A DNA stretch of 64,000 nt from Trueperaceae bacterium (lineage in GTDB: Bacteria; Deinococcota; Deinococci; Deinococcales; Trueperaceae), in NCBI GenBank assembly GCA_965215565.1, contig CBDCDZ010000004.1:3168001-3232000 (forward strand), read 5' to 3'. The position numbers and the translations under genes were made by a program. The stretch's first letter is position 1, and each line of letters begins with the position of its first letter. Below the pieces are notes generated by a model. It did not search any database and was not told the DNA's origin. It saw only the letters and a list, made by a program, of their open reading frames with translations. Below, in pieces: positions 1 through 10,824 of the stretch.

Positions 1-185
1 ACGAGCCCGCGCTCGCTCACGTTGAGCGGTGACGCCAGTGTCTCCAGGGGGGCGTTCGCGACGCCGCCGCACGCCGTGAAGAGTAAAAGGAGAAGGAAGC
101 CCACGCTGCACCCAGCATACTGAGTTAGCTTCCGCCTCACAACCCGTCTCGTAACGTGCTCTTTTAAGCTGCCGTTTCTTTGCAT
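1..185 (-). CDS. Lipoprotein, 5' part only (runs off the window edge)
   Basis: Minus strand reads AGGAGG-N7-ATG, then MQRNGSLKEHVTRRVVRRKLTQYAGCSVGFLLLLLFTACGG: basic N-region, hydrophobic core, lipobox FTAC. Open to position 1. Confidence 0.7.
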   Translation of the reverse strand, partial: MQRNGSLKEHVTRRVVRRKLTQYAGCSVGFLLLLLFTACGGVANAPLETLASPLNVSERGL

Positions 186-979
186 CTCTCTTCCTCCTGT
201 TACCCCGGAAAATTGGGTGAGATCGACGTGACCTCAGACAACGCGGTGCAGGCACAGGTGAAGAAGGTGCAGAACTGAAAACGTGTAGTGACAACGTTAC
301 GTTCGCAACTTTCAGACAATATTGTGCCCCCGGCCGGTTGCGCTACTCGCTCCACCTGTTTCAAGCGCCCAGAAGAGTCTTTAGCTGCAGGTAGCATCTG
401 GTTACAGACGCTGTGCGTTAAATGCGCACGTCCCACCTGCTAAAGCTCATTGCGAAACAGGTTTCATCGCTTCCGAGGGCGGGGTGTCCCTCAGTGATGA
501 CTCAATCTTAGAATAGATACTCGGTTTTGTATATGAAATATTAGCGTGACGAGTGCGCTTGACAAGCGTTGCTGACGGAATTTACGCCGAGCCGCGTGCC
601 GGTGGACGGCCCAAAGACTACGGAAGAAAGGCTCCCTCTCCTCCACGCCCTATTTTTCGGCGCACGCAACCCTTCGCACGGTCCCACTGACGAGAGTTGC
701 ATTTGGGGTGTGGAAGACTTAACGTAGTGGGGACTGAGCGCGGCTCTATGCTCTTAGATAGACGGTTTCGGGCATTATGAGCGGACGCTCGATGCTTGAT
801 ATGTACATTCAAACCACGAAACGTCGCCCCGACCTTATATATTAGGTTGAATGTACGGACTGAGTCCGCATGAATAACTTGAGTACAGTGTAGGTAACAG
901 TGTAGAGATAGGTACAGCGCAAACAGAGGCGCAGCGTAAATAGAGGAAAAAGGACCAAAATCTCCTCAGAGGAGCAAGG

Positions 980-2323
980 GTGAGCACGATGTCAGATAAG
1001 ACCATAGACCAACCACAAAACGAAGCGCAGGCGCAACCTCGCCAGCTCGAGCCGAGCCACGCCTCAGGGTACGCCAGCGACACGGTGTACGCCGTGGGGA
1101 TGTCGCGGCTCGAGGGCACCGTACACATCAGCGGCGCGAAAAACAGCGTGCTCAGGCTGCTCGCCGCCTCGCTCCTCACCGAGGAAAAGGTAACGCTGCG
1201 CAACTACCCGGCGGGTCTTTTAGACGCCCAGGTGCACGTGGCGATGCTCGAGGTGCTCGGCAAAAAGTGCGCCGTTGACGCCGACACGCTCACCATTGTC
1301 GAAGCCGAAAAGCCCACCTCGACGCTCGACTGGGGCGGGCGCTCGATTCGCAACACGCTGCTCATCTTAGGGGCGCTCACCGCGCGCTTAGGCGCAGGCA
1401 AGGTGCCGCTGCCCGGCGGCTGTAAGCTGGGCGAGCGCAAGTTTGACCTGCACGAGATGGTGCTGCGCCGCCTCGGGGCGGAGGTCTGGACCGAAGGCGA
1501 CAACCTCTGCGCGAGCGTGCAAGGACGCTTGCAGGGCAACGACATCTACTTGCCGATTCGTTCGACGGGCGCGACGGAAAACGCCATCATCTGCGGCAGC
1601 TTAGCCGAGGGCATCACGCGCGTCTGGAACCCGCACATCCGCCCGGAAATTTTGGACCTCATCAAGTTTTTGCGCAGCATGGGCGCGCGCATCAAGGTAT
1701 TCGGGCAAGAGCACATCGAGATCATCGGCTCGGAGTCACTCTCCAGCACGCAGTACGAGGTCATCGCTGACAACATGGAGGCGATCACCTGGCTCATCGG
1801 CTCCGTCATCACGCGCGGCAGCGTCGAGATCGTCAACTTCCCCATGAAAGACCTGGAGGTGCCGCTCATCCACCTGCGCGAGAGCGGCGCGAAGTTCTAC
1901 CGGGGCGAGAACAGCCTCATCGTCCAAGGCGGGCGCTGCTTCCCCGTGGAGATCAGCACGGGCCCCTATCCGGGCATCAACTCGGACATGCAGCCCCTCT
2001 TTGCCCTCTACGGCGCACGCGCGCGCGGCGAGTCGCGCATCGTTGACCTGCGCTTTCCGGGGCGCTACGGCTACGCCGAAGAACTCGCCAAGATGGGCGC
2101 GCGCTTCGAGGTGGACGGCAACCTGCTCAAGATTTCGGGCGGTACGCCGCTGCGCGGGGCGGAGGTCAGGGCGCTCGACTTGCGCGCGGGCATTTCGCTC
2201 ACTTTGGCAGGGCTCACCGCCGACGGCACCACCTACGTTCAAGACGCCTGGCAAGTCGAGCGCGGTTACAACGCTTTTGTGCAGAAGCTCCGCAGCTTAG
2301 GTGGCGATATTAACTACGTCTGA
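980..2323 (+). CDS. Divergent MurA-like enolpyruvyl transferase (UDP-GlcNAc 1-carboxyvinyltransferase family)
   Basis: GAKNS, LPGGC (catalytic Cys), GATEN, DMQ, DLRAG and ERGY motifs. AGGAG SD before the GTG start. Confidence 0.85.
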   Translation: MSTMSDKTIDQPQNEAQAQPRQLEPSHASGYASDTVYAVGMSRLEGTVHISGAKNSVLRLLAASLLTEEKVTLRNYPAGLLDAQVHVAMLEVLGKKCAVDADTLTIVEAEKPTSTLDWGGRSIRNTLLILGALTARLGAGKVPLPGGCKLGERKFDLHEMVLRRLGAEVWTEGDNLCASVQGRLQGNDIYLPIRSTGATENAIICGSLAEGITRVWNPHIRPEILDLIKFLRSMGARIKVFGQEHIEIIGSESLSSTQYEVIADNMEAITWLIGSVITRGSVEIVNFPMKDLEVPLIHLRESGAKFYRGENSLIVQGGRCFPVEISTGPYPGINSDMQPLFALYGARARGESRIVDLRFPGRYGYAEELAKMGARFEVDGNLLKISGGTPLRGAEVRALDLRAGISLTLAGLTADGTTYVQDAWQVERGYNAFVQKLRSLGGDINYV

Positions 2324-2559
2324 GCGGTTAGGGCGTCGCTGAGCGCCTGGCGCTGCTTGGCACCCTCTCAACCTTTTGCTAAAAGAAACCTCTTTCGCTC
2401 CCTCGCTGCCCAACCCTTGTGGGATACTGGCGGCGAGGGAGGCGTGTTTTTGGGGCTCGAGGGTACTGTCGTGTTCATCGCCGCCCATATTTATGAGGGA
2501 TACAGGCTTCCCTTCGCTATATTGGGGTACAAAGTAAGAATCGTCCCGGCAGTTGAGGG

Positions 2560-3741
2560 TTAAGCAACCGCCTCGGCAGTCCTTGCCTCTACCTTTTGTT
2601 TTCCGAGCACCGCTATGACTTCAGTCCACATCGCTTCCGAAAGCGCTTTCTGCGTCTGTGCCCGTGCTGCTGTGCGCTCTGCCAGAGCCTGCCGCTTCGT
2701 CTTATCAGTGAGAACCTCGAGTTGCCGCAAAGCTACGTCGTCACTTTCCAAGCCGATGAGATTTTCAGGGCAGCCATAGTCCTCGAAGAGCATCTGGTAC
2801 TTGTGGCTCCAACCTGTGCCGAGCGAAGGCACGCCCTGCGAGAGCCCGCTCACGAGACCGTGAAAGCGCGAGCTAATGAGTCCCGTACACTGTCCGATGA
2901 TGCCTTTAACTGCGACAGGGTCATCTTCTTGCCACAGCGGAACGTCGTAACCTGTAGCTCTCACGTTTCCCTGCACTTCTCGGGCAAGTTTGAGGTCTTT
3001 CTCGCCCTCATGAACGAGCAAGAAGGGAGCGAGCCTCTGTTCCGCAAGGTGCTGGGTGAGCGTTGTCATCAACGGCACGTAGCGCTCGCCTTCTGCGCCG
3101 GTCATCTCGAGCATCTTGCTGTTCACGATAACGCATGTCTTGAGCCCACTAAGCTCATCATTACGCGGCATTACCCCTTTAACGAGGTTGGTGAAGTCTG
3201 GAGCTTGCCGCAAAGCACGTGCGCCCGGCTGCAAAGCGTTCAAATAGTCGTAAGACTGCGCCTCACGAGCGTAGACGAGGTCGGCGTGAGTCAGAACGGT
3301 TCGCATCGTATCCTGAATTTGCTCGGACGTAAAAGGACCGAATGCTTGAGGTAGTAAAATGACCTTCTTGCCCTCTTTTTTCCAGCGCTCAATGTGCTGG
3401 GCAGAGCGGTCTTCAGCCTTTCGTGCGCCCCACTGGTCGCCGTAAGCAAAACCCGATGCATCTAAAATCACGTCTATTTCTCGCTCGGTGACGAGGCCGT
3501 AGTTCTTCCGCACCGTGTTAGGGATGAGGTTGCCTAAGCGGTCAAAGGTCACACCGAATTTTGAATAGCGAAACTTCTGCAACAGACCGTAGGGAGCACG
3601 GTAGCTGTAGGCTTGGCGCGGGTCAAGGACGAAGGAGACGTTCTCTCTGCCCAAGGTCGCGCTGAGCTTCTGCATGATGGCGACGAGCATGAGTTCTGCA
3701 CCTTTGTTGGGAAAGTGAATGCCTCTAATTTCGATCTTCAT
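2560..3741 (-). CDS. Polysaccharide pyruvyl transferase family protein (WcaK-like)
   Basis: NKGAELM, PQAFGPF, AREAQS, SRFHG and WSHKY motifs. Confidence 0.85.
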   Translation of the reverse strand: MKIEIRGIHFPNKGAELMLVAIMQKLSATLGRENVSFVLDPRQAYSYRAPYGLLQKFRYSKFGVTFDRLGNLIPNTVRKNYGLVTEREIDVILDASGFAYGDQWGARKAEDRSAQHIERWKKEGKKVILLPQAFGPFTSEQIQDTMRTVLTHADLVYAREAQSYDYLNALQPGARALRQAPDFTNLVKGVMPRNDELSGLKTCVIVNSKMLEMTGAEGERYVPLMTTLTQHLAEQRLAPFLLVHEGEKDLKLAREVQGNVRATGYDVPLWQEDDPVAVKGIIGQCTGLISSRFHGLVSGLSQGVPSLGTGWSHKYQMLFEDYGCPENLIGLESDDVALRQLEVLTDKTKRQALAERTAARAQTQKALSEAMWTEVIAVLGKQKVEARTAEAVA

Positions 3742-3751
3742 AGTGTGACCT

Positions 3752-4864
3752 TCACAGAACGTTGTAGCTGCGAATCTTTTCCAAGGGCTTCTTCTGCGAA
3801 TACGCTACCATCCCCTCGGGGTCAGGATAGCCTACCGAAATAAGCATGATGACGCGCTCGTCGGGCTCTAAGTTTAAGAGTTTTTGCATTCGGCTTTCGT
3901 GCGGCTCCTGGTCGGGCCAGTTGATCGGACAAGAACTGAGCCCCAACGTCTCTAAAGCGTACATAAACGACATCGACGCGAGTGAGCCGTCAATGTAGAT
4001 GACGTGTCTGTCGCGCTCGTTAAAGTAGGCGCGGAGCTTGCCAACTACAACGACGACAGCGGGGAAGTTGTGGCTGAAGCCGCGCGTGCCCATCGGTATG
4101 GACGAGACGCGCTTCACCAGCTCTGGCTCGTCGAAGATGCGAAACTCGAAGGGCTGCCGGTTACAGGCGCTCGGCGACATAGCGGCGGCGGTGACAGCTT
4201 GGTCTATGAGGTCGCGCGGAACAGGCGTAGGCAAATACCAGCGCACCGAGCGGCGGTGCTGCGAAAGTGCTAAAAACTGTTCGTAATCCACGGGCGGTGT
4301 GTCGCTCACCTTGCGCTTGTAAGGGATCATCTCCCGCACGAAGTTGTTCCGAACCAGTTTGATGAAGATGCACCGCGCCTTCTCTACGTCAGAGCCTTCT
4401 TCCTGCTGCGGTACGACGGAGAAATATTCGTCTAAGACGTCGTAAGACCATTTTAGCTCGGGGTCGCCTAGCGGGTCCGCTCCGGCTTGGATGATGCCCT
4501 GGTAAGCTTCGGCAGTCTCGAGAATAAAGAATGTGGCGAACACGTCGCGCCTAGGGCGCATCAGAAGACCCTTCTCGAGCCGGTGCGTGTTGCGCCGTAA
4601 GAGGTAGCGGTTCGCTTTTTGTCCCGCTAACTGCTCGTTATAGACGCGCTTGCCGTAGGTCACGCCTACGTGCTCGCGGCGGAACGCCTTGGAGCGGAGG
4701 GCGTAGTGCCAGGTGCTCAAAGCGGCTGAACTCGAGATGCGGCGCAGATATGCTATTTTGAGACTCGCTTTGACGAGCTTGAGCCTGTCCCATAGGGACG
4801 GCGGCACGACCCGCTTAATTGCTTGTTTGCTCGCTATCATAGAAGCTCCTGACCGAAACGACAT
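3752..4864 (-). CDS. Nitroreductase-family protein with an N-terminal extension
   Basis: RRSVRWY, SPSACNRQP, DGSLASMSF and SVGYP nitroreductase motifs in the C-terminal half. Confidence 0.85.
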   Translation of the reverse strand: MSFRSGASMIASKQAIKRVVPPSLWDRLKLVKASLKIAYLRRISSSAALSTWHYALRSKAFRREHVGVTYGKRVYNEQLAGQKANRYLLRRNTHRLEKGLLMRPRRDVFATFFILETAEAYQGIIQAGADPLGDPELKWSYDVLDEYFSVVPQQEEGSDVEKARCIFIKLVRNNFVREMIPYKRKVSDTPPVDYEQFLALSQHRRSVRWYLPTPVPRDLIDQAVTAAAMSPSACNRQPFEFRIFDEPELVKRVSSIPMGTRGFSHNFPAVVVVVGKLRAYFNERDRHVIYIDGSLASMSFMYALETLGLSSCPINWPDQEPHESRMQKLLNLEPDERVIMLISVGYPDPEGMVAYSQKKPLEKIRSYNVL

Positions 4865-5269
4865 GTTTGGTTTGTTTCCTCTGCTGTCATAAATTGATGT
4901 TTTAGATGTGGTTGGGGAAGGGCGAGATCATCTGCAAGTTGCGCGTGAAAACGACTTCAACATAGCGAGTAAGATACCTCTTTGCGGCGGGCTTGGCAAC
5001 TCGAGTGCTAACCTTCGTCGGTGCGCCGTTAGGAGCCTTCACATTCAGCCTTCTAACGGGGTGGGCCAATAGTTGGGGTTTATGGTGTAAGATTAGCGTC
5101 GCCCCAAGGGGTAGCGACTTTGCCTCTCTCCTCGATTGGTAACTCTGTAGTGACCATAGGGCGATAATGGCTAGCGGCGCAGTGACAATCTTATTCAAAA
5201 TTTCTTCAGACGCTAAGCCTGTAACTGTGCACGCTGGTGGTTTACAAAACTTCACCGTGAGATGAGACG

Positions 5270-6730
5270 ATGAGTTTACGAGAGAAAACAATTGCAGGCG
5301 TGGTCTGGTCGGGCGTTCAGAAGTGGGGCGCACGGGTTTTGGGCTCGGTGGTCTTCTTCTTGCTAGTCCGACTTCTCAATCCCGAGGATTTCGGCCTTAT
5401 CGCCTTGGCGGGCGTGTTCATCGCCTTTGCTGATGTAATCGTCAATCAGGGGTTTACCCAAGCTATCGTGCAGCGCGAAGACCTAGAGCCCGAGCATTCG
5501 GATTCGGCTTTCTGGACGAGCTTGGGGCTGGGTGTCGCCTTGACTATACTGAGTATTCTCATTGCGCCGCTGCTCTCACGCGCGTTCGCTGAGCCTGCGC
5601 TCACGTCTATCGTCCGCTGGCTCTCACTAAGCTTCGTGCTGAGTTCGCTGAGCGGCGTACAAGACGCGCTCTTGCGCCGCGCTTTCGAGTACAAGTCTCT
5701 CGCCTTTCGTCAACTGCTAGGGCTCGTTGTGGGGGGCGTAGTTGGCGTCGGCATGGCGCTTTCGGGCTACGGCGTCTGGAGCTTGGTCGCGCAGCAACTC
5801 GTGACCGCGCTCGTCTCAACGGTAACGCTTTGGTGGCTGAGCGACTACCGCCCCGCCTTCCGCTTCAGCAAGCGCCACTTTGACGACCTCTTCGCCTTTG
5901 AAATCAACGAGCTAGGTAGCCGCGTGCTCAACTTCTTCAGCCGCCGCTCGGACGACCTGCTCATCGGACTCTTTTTGGGTCCGGTAGCCCTCGGGTTTTA
6001 TAGCATTGCCTACCGCACTATGTACATCATGACCGACCTCTTCGCCTCCTCACTCTCGACAGTGGCTTTTTCGCTCTTCTCGCGCCTCCAAGCTGATCCT
6101 GCTAGTATGCGCCGTAACTTCCTTAATGCCACGCGCCTCAGCAGTCTGTTCGCCTTTCCTGCTTTTACCGGACTAATCGTGCTCGCACCTGAGTTCGTGC
6201 GGGGCGTGTTGGGTGAGCAGTGGGTGGCGAGCACCCCCGTGCTCCAAGTTCTGCTGGTTGTTGGAGCGCTGCAGTCCGTGTCGCTTTTCAACAACGTTGT
6301 CCTTAAAGCGATGGGCAAGCCCTCGTGGGCGTTGGGCTTTACCGCTTTAGCAACTGTCGGCAACCTTATCGGCTTTCTCATAGTTGTGCGCTACGGCATC
6401 TTAGCGGTGGCGGCGGCATATGTGGTTCGCGCTTACCTGACAGCTCCCCTCGCGGTCTACTTGGTGGGTAAGCTTATCCACCTCGACTACGGCGCGTACC
6501 TCCGCCAATACGTGAGCCCGCTCGTAAGTTCGGCGGTGATGATCACAGCAATTGTGTTAGCACAGAGCCTATTACCAGAAACTTCGGCGTTGTTGGGGTT
6601 ATTCCTCTACACAGCGCTAGGCGCGTCGGTCTACATCCTCTCAGTTCGTCTTTTAGCGCCAGAGCTTTTCGCCTACGCTTTCAGTTTATTTAGTCAAGTG
6701 TTGCGACCTTTCAAGAGAGTTAGCGCTTAG
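5270..6730 (+). CDS. wzx: Wzx/WzxC-like polysaccharide flippase (MOP/PST family)
   Basis: MSLREKTIAGVVWS..RLLNPEDFGL, about 12-14 hydrophobic segments, LGFYSIAY. Confidence 0.9.
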   Translation: MSLREKTIAGVVWSGVQKWGARVLGSVVFFLLVRLLNPEDFGLIALAGVFIAFADVIVNQGFTQAIVQREDLEPEHSDSAFWTSLGLGVALTILSILIAPLLSRAFAEPALTSIVRWLSLSFVLSSLSGVQDALLRRAFEYKSLAFRQLLGLVVGGVVGVGMALSGYGVWSLVAQQLVTALVSTVTLWWLSDYRPAFRFSKRHFDDLFAFEINELGSRVLNFFSRRSDDLLIGLFLGPVALGFYSIAYRTMYIMTDLFASSLSTVAFSLFSRLQADPASMRRNFLNATRLSSLFAFPAFTGLIVLAPEFVRGVLGEQWVASTPVLQVLLVVGALQSVSLFNNVVLKAMGKPSWALGFTALATVGNLIGFLIVVRYGILAVAAAYVVRAYLTAPLAVYLVGKLIHLDYGAYLRQYVSPLVSSAVMITAIVLAQSLLPETSALLGLFLYTALGASVYILSVRLLAPELFAYAFSLFSQVLRPFKRVSA

Positions 6731-6733
6731 TTT

Positions 6734-7792
6734 ATGAGTGATATGCGCGTTCTCGCCTGGCCCGCCACGTCCGATAAAAACACTCACATGTCTTTGCTCT
6801 ACAGCAGCATAGAGCCTTTCGGTGTCGAGGTAGACAACTTCTCGGCGCAGGCGATGTTGGAGGGACGCTGTGCTTTAGACACCTACGATCTCTGGCACAT
6901 CCACTGGCCCGACCACCACTTCAACACCCGCAACCCCTTCAAGGCGGCGAGCGCTAACGCTACGGTATTAGGATGGTTCAAAGAAGCCAAAGCTAAAGGC
7001 GTCAAGCTCGTGTGGACGGTGCACAACCTCCGCCCGCATGAGAAGTATCACCCCTACTTGGAGCCTTTTTTCTACGGTCCTTATACGAGGATGCTAGACG
7101 GTTGGATTGCGCTCAGTCAGATAGCGGAGCGCGAAGCCAAGGAGAAGTTTGCGCCACTCAAAGAAACGCCTTCGTTTGTGATTCCGAGGGGGCACTACCG
7201 CGACGCGCACGCAGGAAATATTGCTAAGGATGTGGCGCGTGAACGTCTAGGGCTACCGAGCGACGCCAAGGTGCTGCTTAACTTTGGTCTGATTCGCGAT
7301 TATAAGAACATTCCGCACCTCATCAAGACGTTTCGTGAACTTGAACGTAACGACGCCATTCTGCTTATCGCGGGAGCGCCGCGCTCGGGTAAGCTCGAAC
7401 AAGAAGTCCGTGAGGCAGTGCAGGGTGACCCGCGCGTCAGGCTCGAGCTGAGTTTCATTCCTGACGACGCCTTGCCAACCTACTTTGCTGCAAGCGACCT
7501 CGTGACCTTGCCTTACAAAGCGATTATGCATTCAGGCAGCGCGATGATGGCTCTTTCCTTTAACCGTCCGGTGTTGCTGCCCGATATAGGCGCGTTACGA
7601 GAGCTGCAAGCTCATGTAGGCGACGATTGGGTAAGGATGTTTATAGGCGACTTGAGCGTGAGTGAACTCGAACGTTCAATCGTTTGGGCGGCGCAGGTGG
7701 CGGGTAAAACTGCTGACTTAGCAGCGCTGAGTTGGGACCACATCGGCAAGCGGACATGGCAAGCATTTCGCGACGTTCTTTCAGGAGGTTAG
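6734..7792 (+). CDS. Glycosyltransferase family 4 (GumI-like)
   Basis: HIHWP, VWTVHNLRPHE, FGLIRDYKN and SDLVTLPY..SGS motifs. Confidence 0.85.
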   Translation: MSDMRVLAWPATSDKNTHMSLLYSSIEPFGVEVDNFSAQAMLEGRCALDTYDLWHIHWPDHHFNTRNPFKAASANATVLGWFKEAKAKGVKLVWTVHNLRPHEKYHPYLEPFFYGPYTRMLDGWIALSQIAEREAKEKFAPLKETPSFVIPRGHYRDAHAGNIAKDVARERLGLPSDAKVLLNFGLIRDYKNIPHLIKTFRELERNDAILLIAGAPRSGKLEQEVREAVQGDPRVRLELSFIPDDALPTYFAASDLVTLPYKAIMHSGSAMMALSFNRPVLLPDIGALRELQAHVGDDWVRMFIGDLSVSELERSIVWAAQVAGKTADLAALSWDHIGKRTWQAFRDVLSGG

Positions 7793-7795
7793 CAC

Positions 7796-8713
7796 GTGCA
7801 GGCAATTCAAAACAGCTCAGCGAGTAGCGAAGAGGCGCAACTTTTCGTCTCTGTAATTATCCCCGTCTATAATGACGCAGCCCGTCTAAAGCTTTGCTTA
7901 GAGGCGCTGACTGCGCAGCACTACTCGAACTTCGAGGTTATCGTCGTGGACAACGGCTCCACCGATCAAGAGGTCGAGCGTGTCTGTAGAGGGTTCGACG
8001 TAACTTTCGTTACCGAGCACAAGGTCGGCTCGTACGCCGCTCGCAACCGGGGCGTTGCGCTCGCTAAAGGTGGCGTGCTCGCCTTTACCGACGCGGATTG
8101 TATTCCCGAGCCGCAGTGGTTGACGCAGGGCGTCAAGAGGTTACGAGAGCCCGACTGCGGCTTAGTTGCAGGGCGCATCCGCGTGTTTGCGCAAGACCCA
8201 AAACGCCCGACTACTGTGGAGCTATATGAGGTCGCGCTCGCTTTTCCGCAGCAGACCCACGTCGAGAACAGCCACTACGGAGCAACCGCTAATGTATTCA
8301 CCACTAAAGCCGTGTTCGCCGACGTTGGCCTTTTCAATGAACGTCTCAAGTCAGGAGGCGATAAGGAGTGGGGGCAGCGCGTAGCGGCAGCCGGATATAG
8401 CGTAGTCTACGCGCATGAAGCGTGCATCCACCACCCGGCGCGGCGCACCTTTGCTGAGCTTCACAAAAAGGCGCGGCGTACGGTGGGCGGACTACGCGAT
8501 ACCGACGCGGGCTGGGCTACAGCGGCGATGCTCCTCAAGGAATACCTCAAGCCGCCGGTGAAGCTCTCACTCAAGGTACTCCGCGACGATCAGCATGGAC
8601 TCTCGCTTGCTCAAAAGGTGCGGGTGTGTGCGGTCGCTAGCGCGTCGCGGCTCATGAACGCCGCTGAAACGGTTAAGCTGTGGGCGCGGCGCACGCCTTC
8701 CTCGAGGGCTTGA
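7796..8713 (+). CDS. Glycosyltransferase family 2
   Basis: SVIIPVYN, VVDNGSTD, AARNRG and FTDADC motifs. Confidence 0.9.
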   Translation: MQAIQNSSASSEEAQLFVSVIIPVYNDAARLKLCLEALTAQHYSNFEVIVVDNGSTDQEVERVCRGFDVTFVTEHKVGSYAARNRGVALAKGGVLAFTDADCIPEPQWLTQGVKRLREPDCGLVAGRIRVFAQDPKRPTTVELYEVALAFPQQTHVENSHYGATANVFTTKAVFADVGLFNERLKSGGDKEWGQRVAAAGYSVVYAHEACIHHPARRTFAELHKKARRTVGGLRDTDAGWATAAMLLKEYLKPPVKLSLKVLRDDQHGLSLAQKVRVCAVASASRLMNAAETVKLWARRTPSSRA

Positions 8714-8928
8714 GCCCGCCTGAATTTCATAAAGTTCTAAGCTGCACGGGTTAGCTTGCCTCGTAAGGTGACGTTTCACCGTGTGTGAGATTTTCCACAC
8801 GTTTACCTTGAAACAGCTCAACCCGTACAAAAGCTTTTTCCTGAAGGTTAAGCTTCACATGATGCTCGTAAACATCAAACCCGACTCCACACGACGTGAA
8901 CCGCGCTGAGAACGATAAAGGACGTCTT

Positions 8929-9879
8929 ATGGATCAGCCTCGGAAATCCTCCCCTCTAACACCTTCCCCGAAAGTCTCTGTCGTCATCCCCGCATATAAC
9001 GCCATGCGCTTTTTGCCTCAAACGATTGAAAGCGTGCTGCGGCAGACGCACGGAGACTTCGAGGTGCTCGTCGTGGACGACGGCAGCAAGGACGACACGG
9101 CGCAGTGGGTGGCGGCGCAGCCTGACCCGAGGGTCAAGCTCTTGTCTCGCGCGAACGGGGGCGCGGCGGCGGCGCGCAACACGGGCGTGGCGGCGGCTAA
9201 GGGCGAGTACGTCGCCTTTTTGGACGCGGACGACGTGTGGCAGCCCACCAAGTTGGCGAAACAGGTGGCGCTAGCTGAGGCGGACCCGAGGGTGGGCTTG
9301 GTGGACACCTGGATTTCCTACATCGACGCGGCAGGGAAGCCGCTCGGCAAGGTGATGACGCAGCACGCCGAGGGGGAGGTGTGGGCGCAGATGCTCGAGT
9401 ACAACCTCGTGCGTTGCGGCAGCACGCCGCTCGTGCGCCGCCGCTTGTTCGAAGAGGTGGGCTCCTTCGACGAGAGTTTTCGCTACGCCGAGGACTGGGA
9501 GATGTGGATTCGTATCACGGAGCGTGCCCAATTCGCCGTGGTCAAAGAGCCGCTGGTGGCGTACCGTCAACACGCGAATAACAAGCATAGAAACCACCAG
9601 GCGATGCTGCCTACGTTGTGCCAGATCATTGAGAAGTCGTTTTGTGGGGTGCCCGCTGCCCAGCAGCACCTCAAAGGGCGGGCGCTGGGGCGCGCGCACC
9701 TGCACGCGGCGTGGCGGGCGCTGTATGCGGGCGATCACGAGTTAGCGGCGCAACTCCGCGAGAAGGCGGTGAGCTACTACCCTAAGCTGCGCTACGTCAA
9801 GAACAGCGTCCGCCTTAACCTGAGTATCGCGAAGGTGCGCTGGTTGGGGCGTTTGGGGTACGCTAAAGCACGAAGTTAG
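8929..9879 (+). CDS. Glycosyltransferase family 2
   Basis: SVVIPAYN, VVDDGSKD, AFLDADD and AEDWEMW motifs. Start placed at ATG 8929 after AAAGGA. Confidence 0.9.
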   Translation: MDQPRKSSPLTPSPKVSVVIPAYNAMRFLPQTIESVLRQTHGDFEVLVVDDGSKDDTAQWVAAQPDPRVKLLSRANGGAAAARNTGVAAAKGEYVAFLDADDVWQPTKLAKQVALAEADPRVGLVDTWISYIDAAGKPLGKVMTQHAEGEVWAQMLEYNLVRCGSTPLVRRRLFEEVGSFDESFRYAEDWEMWIRITERAQFAVVKEPLVAYRQHANNKHRNHQAMLPTLCQIIEKSFCGVPAAQQHLKGRALGRAHLHAAWRALYAGDHELAAQLREKAVSYYPKLRYVKNSVRLNLSIAKVRWLGRLGYAKARS

Positions 9880-9891
9880 GGGGCTTCCGTT

Positions 9892-10824
9892 ATGACCTCA
9901 TCCTCTTTGCCGCACGCTTCAGAGGCACCATCACGCTCTACCACACCTCTTTCCGCCACACCTCTCTCTGTCGTCATCATGACCAAAAACGAAGCCGACG
10001 TGATCGCGCGCTGCGTCCGCAGCGTCGCTTGGGCGGACGAGGTGCTCATCATCGACTCGGGCAGCGCGGACGAGACAAAAGAGATCGCCGCGTCTCTGGG
10101 CGCGAATGTCTACGAGCAGCCCTGGCTTGGCTTTTCGAAGCAGCGCAACCGGGGCGCGGCGCTAGCGCAGCACGACTGGGTCCTCTTCCTGGACGCGGAC
10201 GAGGTGGCGACGCCCGAACTCTCGGCGGCGCTGCAAGAGGTGATGCGCGGCCCGCTAGACCCTAAAGACGCCTACGCCTTAGACCGCCGGGGCGACTTTT
10301 TAGGGGTGCTGCTGCCCAACGAGTCGCGCCCGAGCAAGCGGCGCGGCTTCATCCGGCTCTACAACCGCAACGAGAGCGCCTACGACGAAGGCATGAACGT
10401 CCACGAAGAGGTGCGCTTCTCCGGGCGCTCGGTTCCTGTGAGGGGCGTGCTGCTGCACTGGAACGGGCACACCCTGGACGAACTCGTCTCGCTCTTCAAC
10501 CGCTACGCCACCTTGGAGGCTGAGGAGTTGGACCGGCAGGGCGTGCGGGCGCGCGCCCTCGACATCGCCCTCAGACCCGTGCTGCGCTTTTTGTGGAGCT
10601 ACGTGGCGCGCGGCGGCTTTCGCCTCGGCACGCGCGGGCTCATCCATTCGCTCCTCAAAGGGGTAAGCGACTACGTGCGCTACGCGAAGCTGTGGGAGCG
10701 GCAGAACGCGGTGCCGACGCCCCATCCACCTGCGTCGCTCTATGAGGGTGAGGCGATGAAAACGTCGGCGGAGCCGCCACGCGCACCTCATCAAACGTCT
10801 CAAACGTCCGCGAGGAAGGGCTGA
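9892..10824 (+). CDS. Glycosyltransferase family 2 (KdtX/WaaE-like)
   Basis: SVVIMTKNE, IIDSGSADET, GFSKQRN, FLDADE and VHEE motifs. Confidence 0.9.
   Translation: MTSSSLPHASEAPSRSTTPLSATPLSVVIMTKNEADVIARCVRSVAWADEVLIIDSGSADETKEIAASLGANVYEQPWLGFSKQRNRGAALAQHDWVLFLDADEVATPELSAALQEVMRGPLDPKDAYALDRRGDFLGVLLPNESRPSKRRGFIRLYNRNESAYDEGMNVHEEVRFSGRSVPVRGVLLHWNGHTLDELVSLFNRYATLEAEELDRQGVRARALDIALRPVLRFLWSYVARGGFRLGTRGLIHSLLKGVSDYVRYAKLWERQNAVPTPHPPASLYEGEAMKTSAEPPRAPHQTSQTSARKG

Noticed and set aside
5098..5118. JUMPstart/ops element before wzx
   Set aside because: GGGGTAGCG is only a partial match to GGCGGTAG and the rest of JUMPstart is absent.
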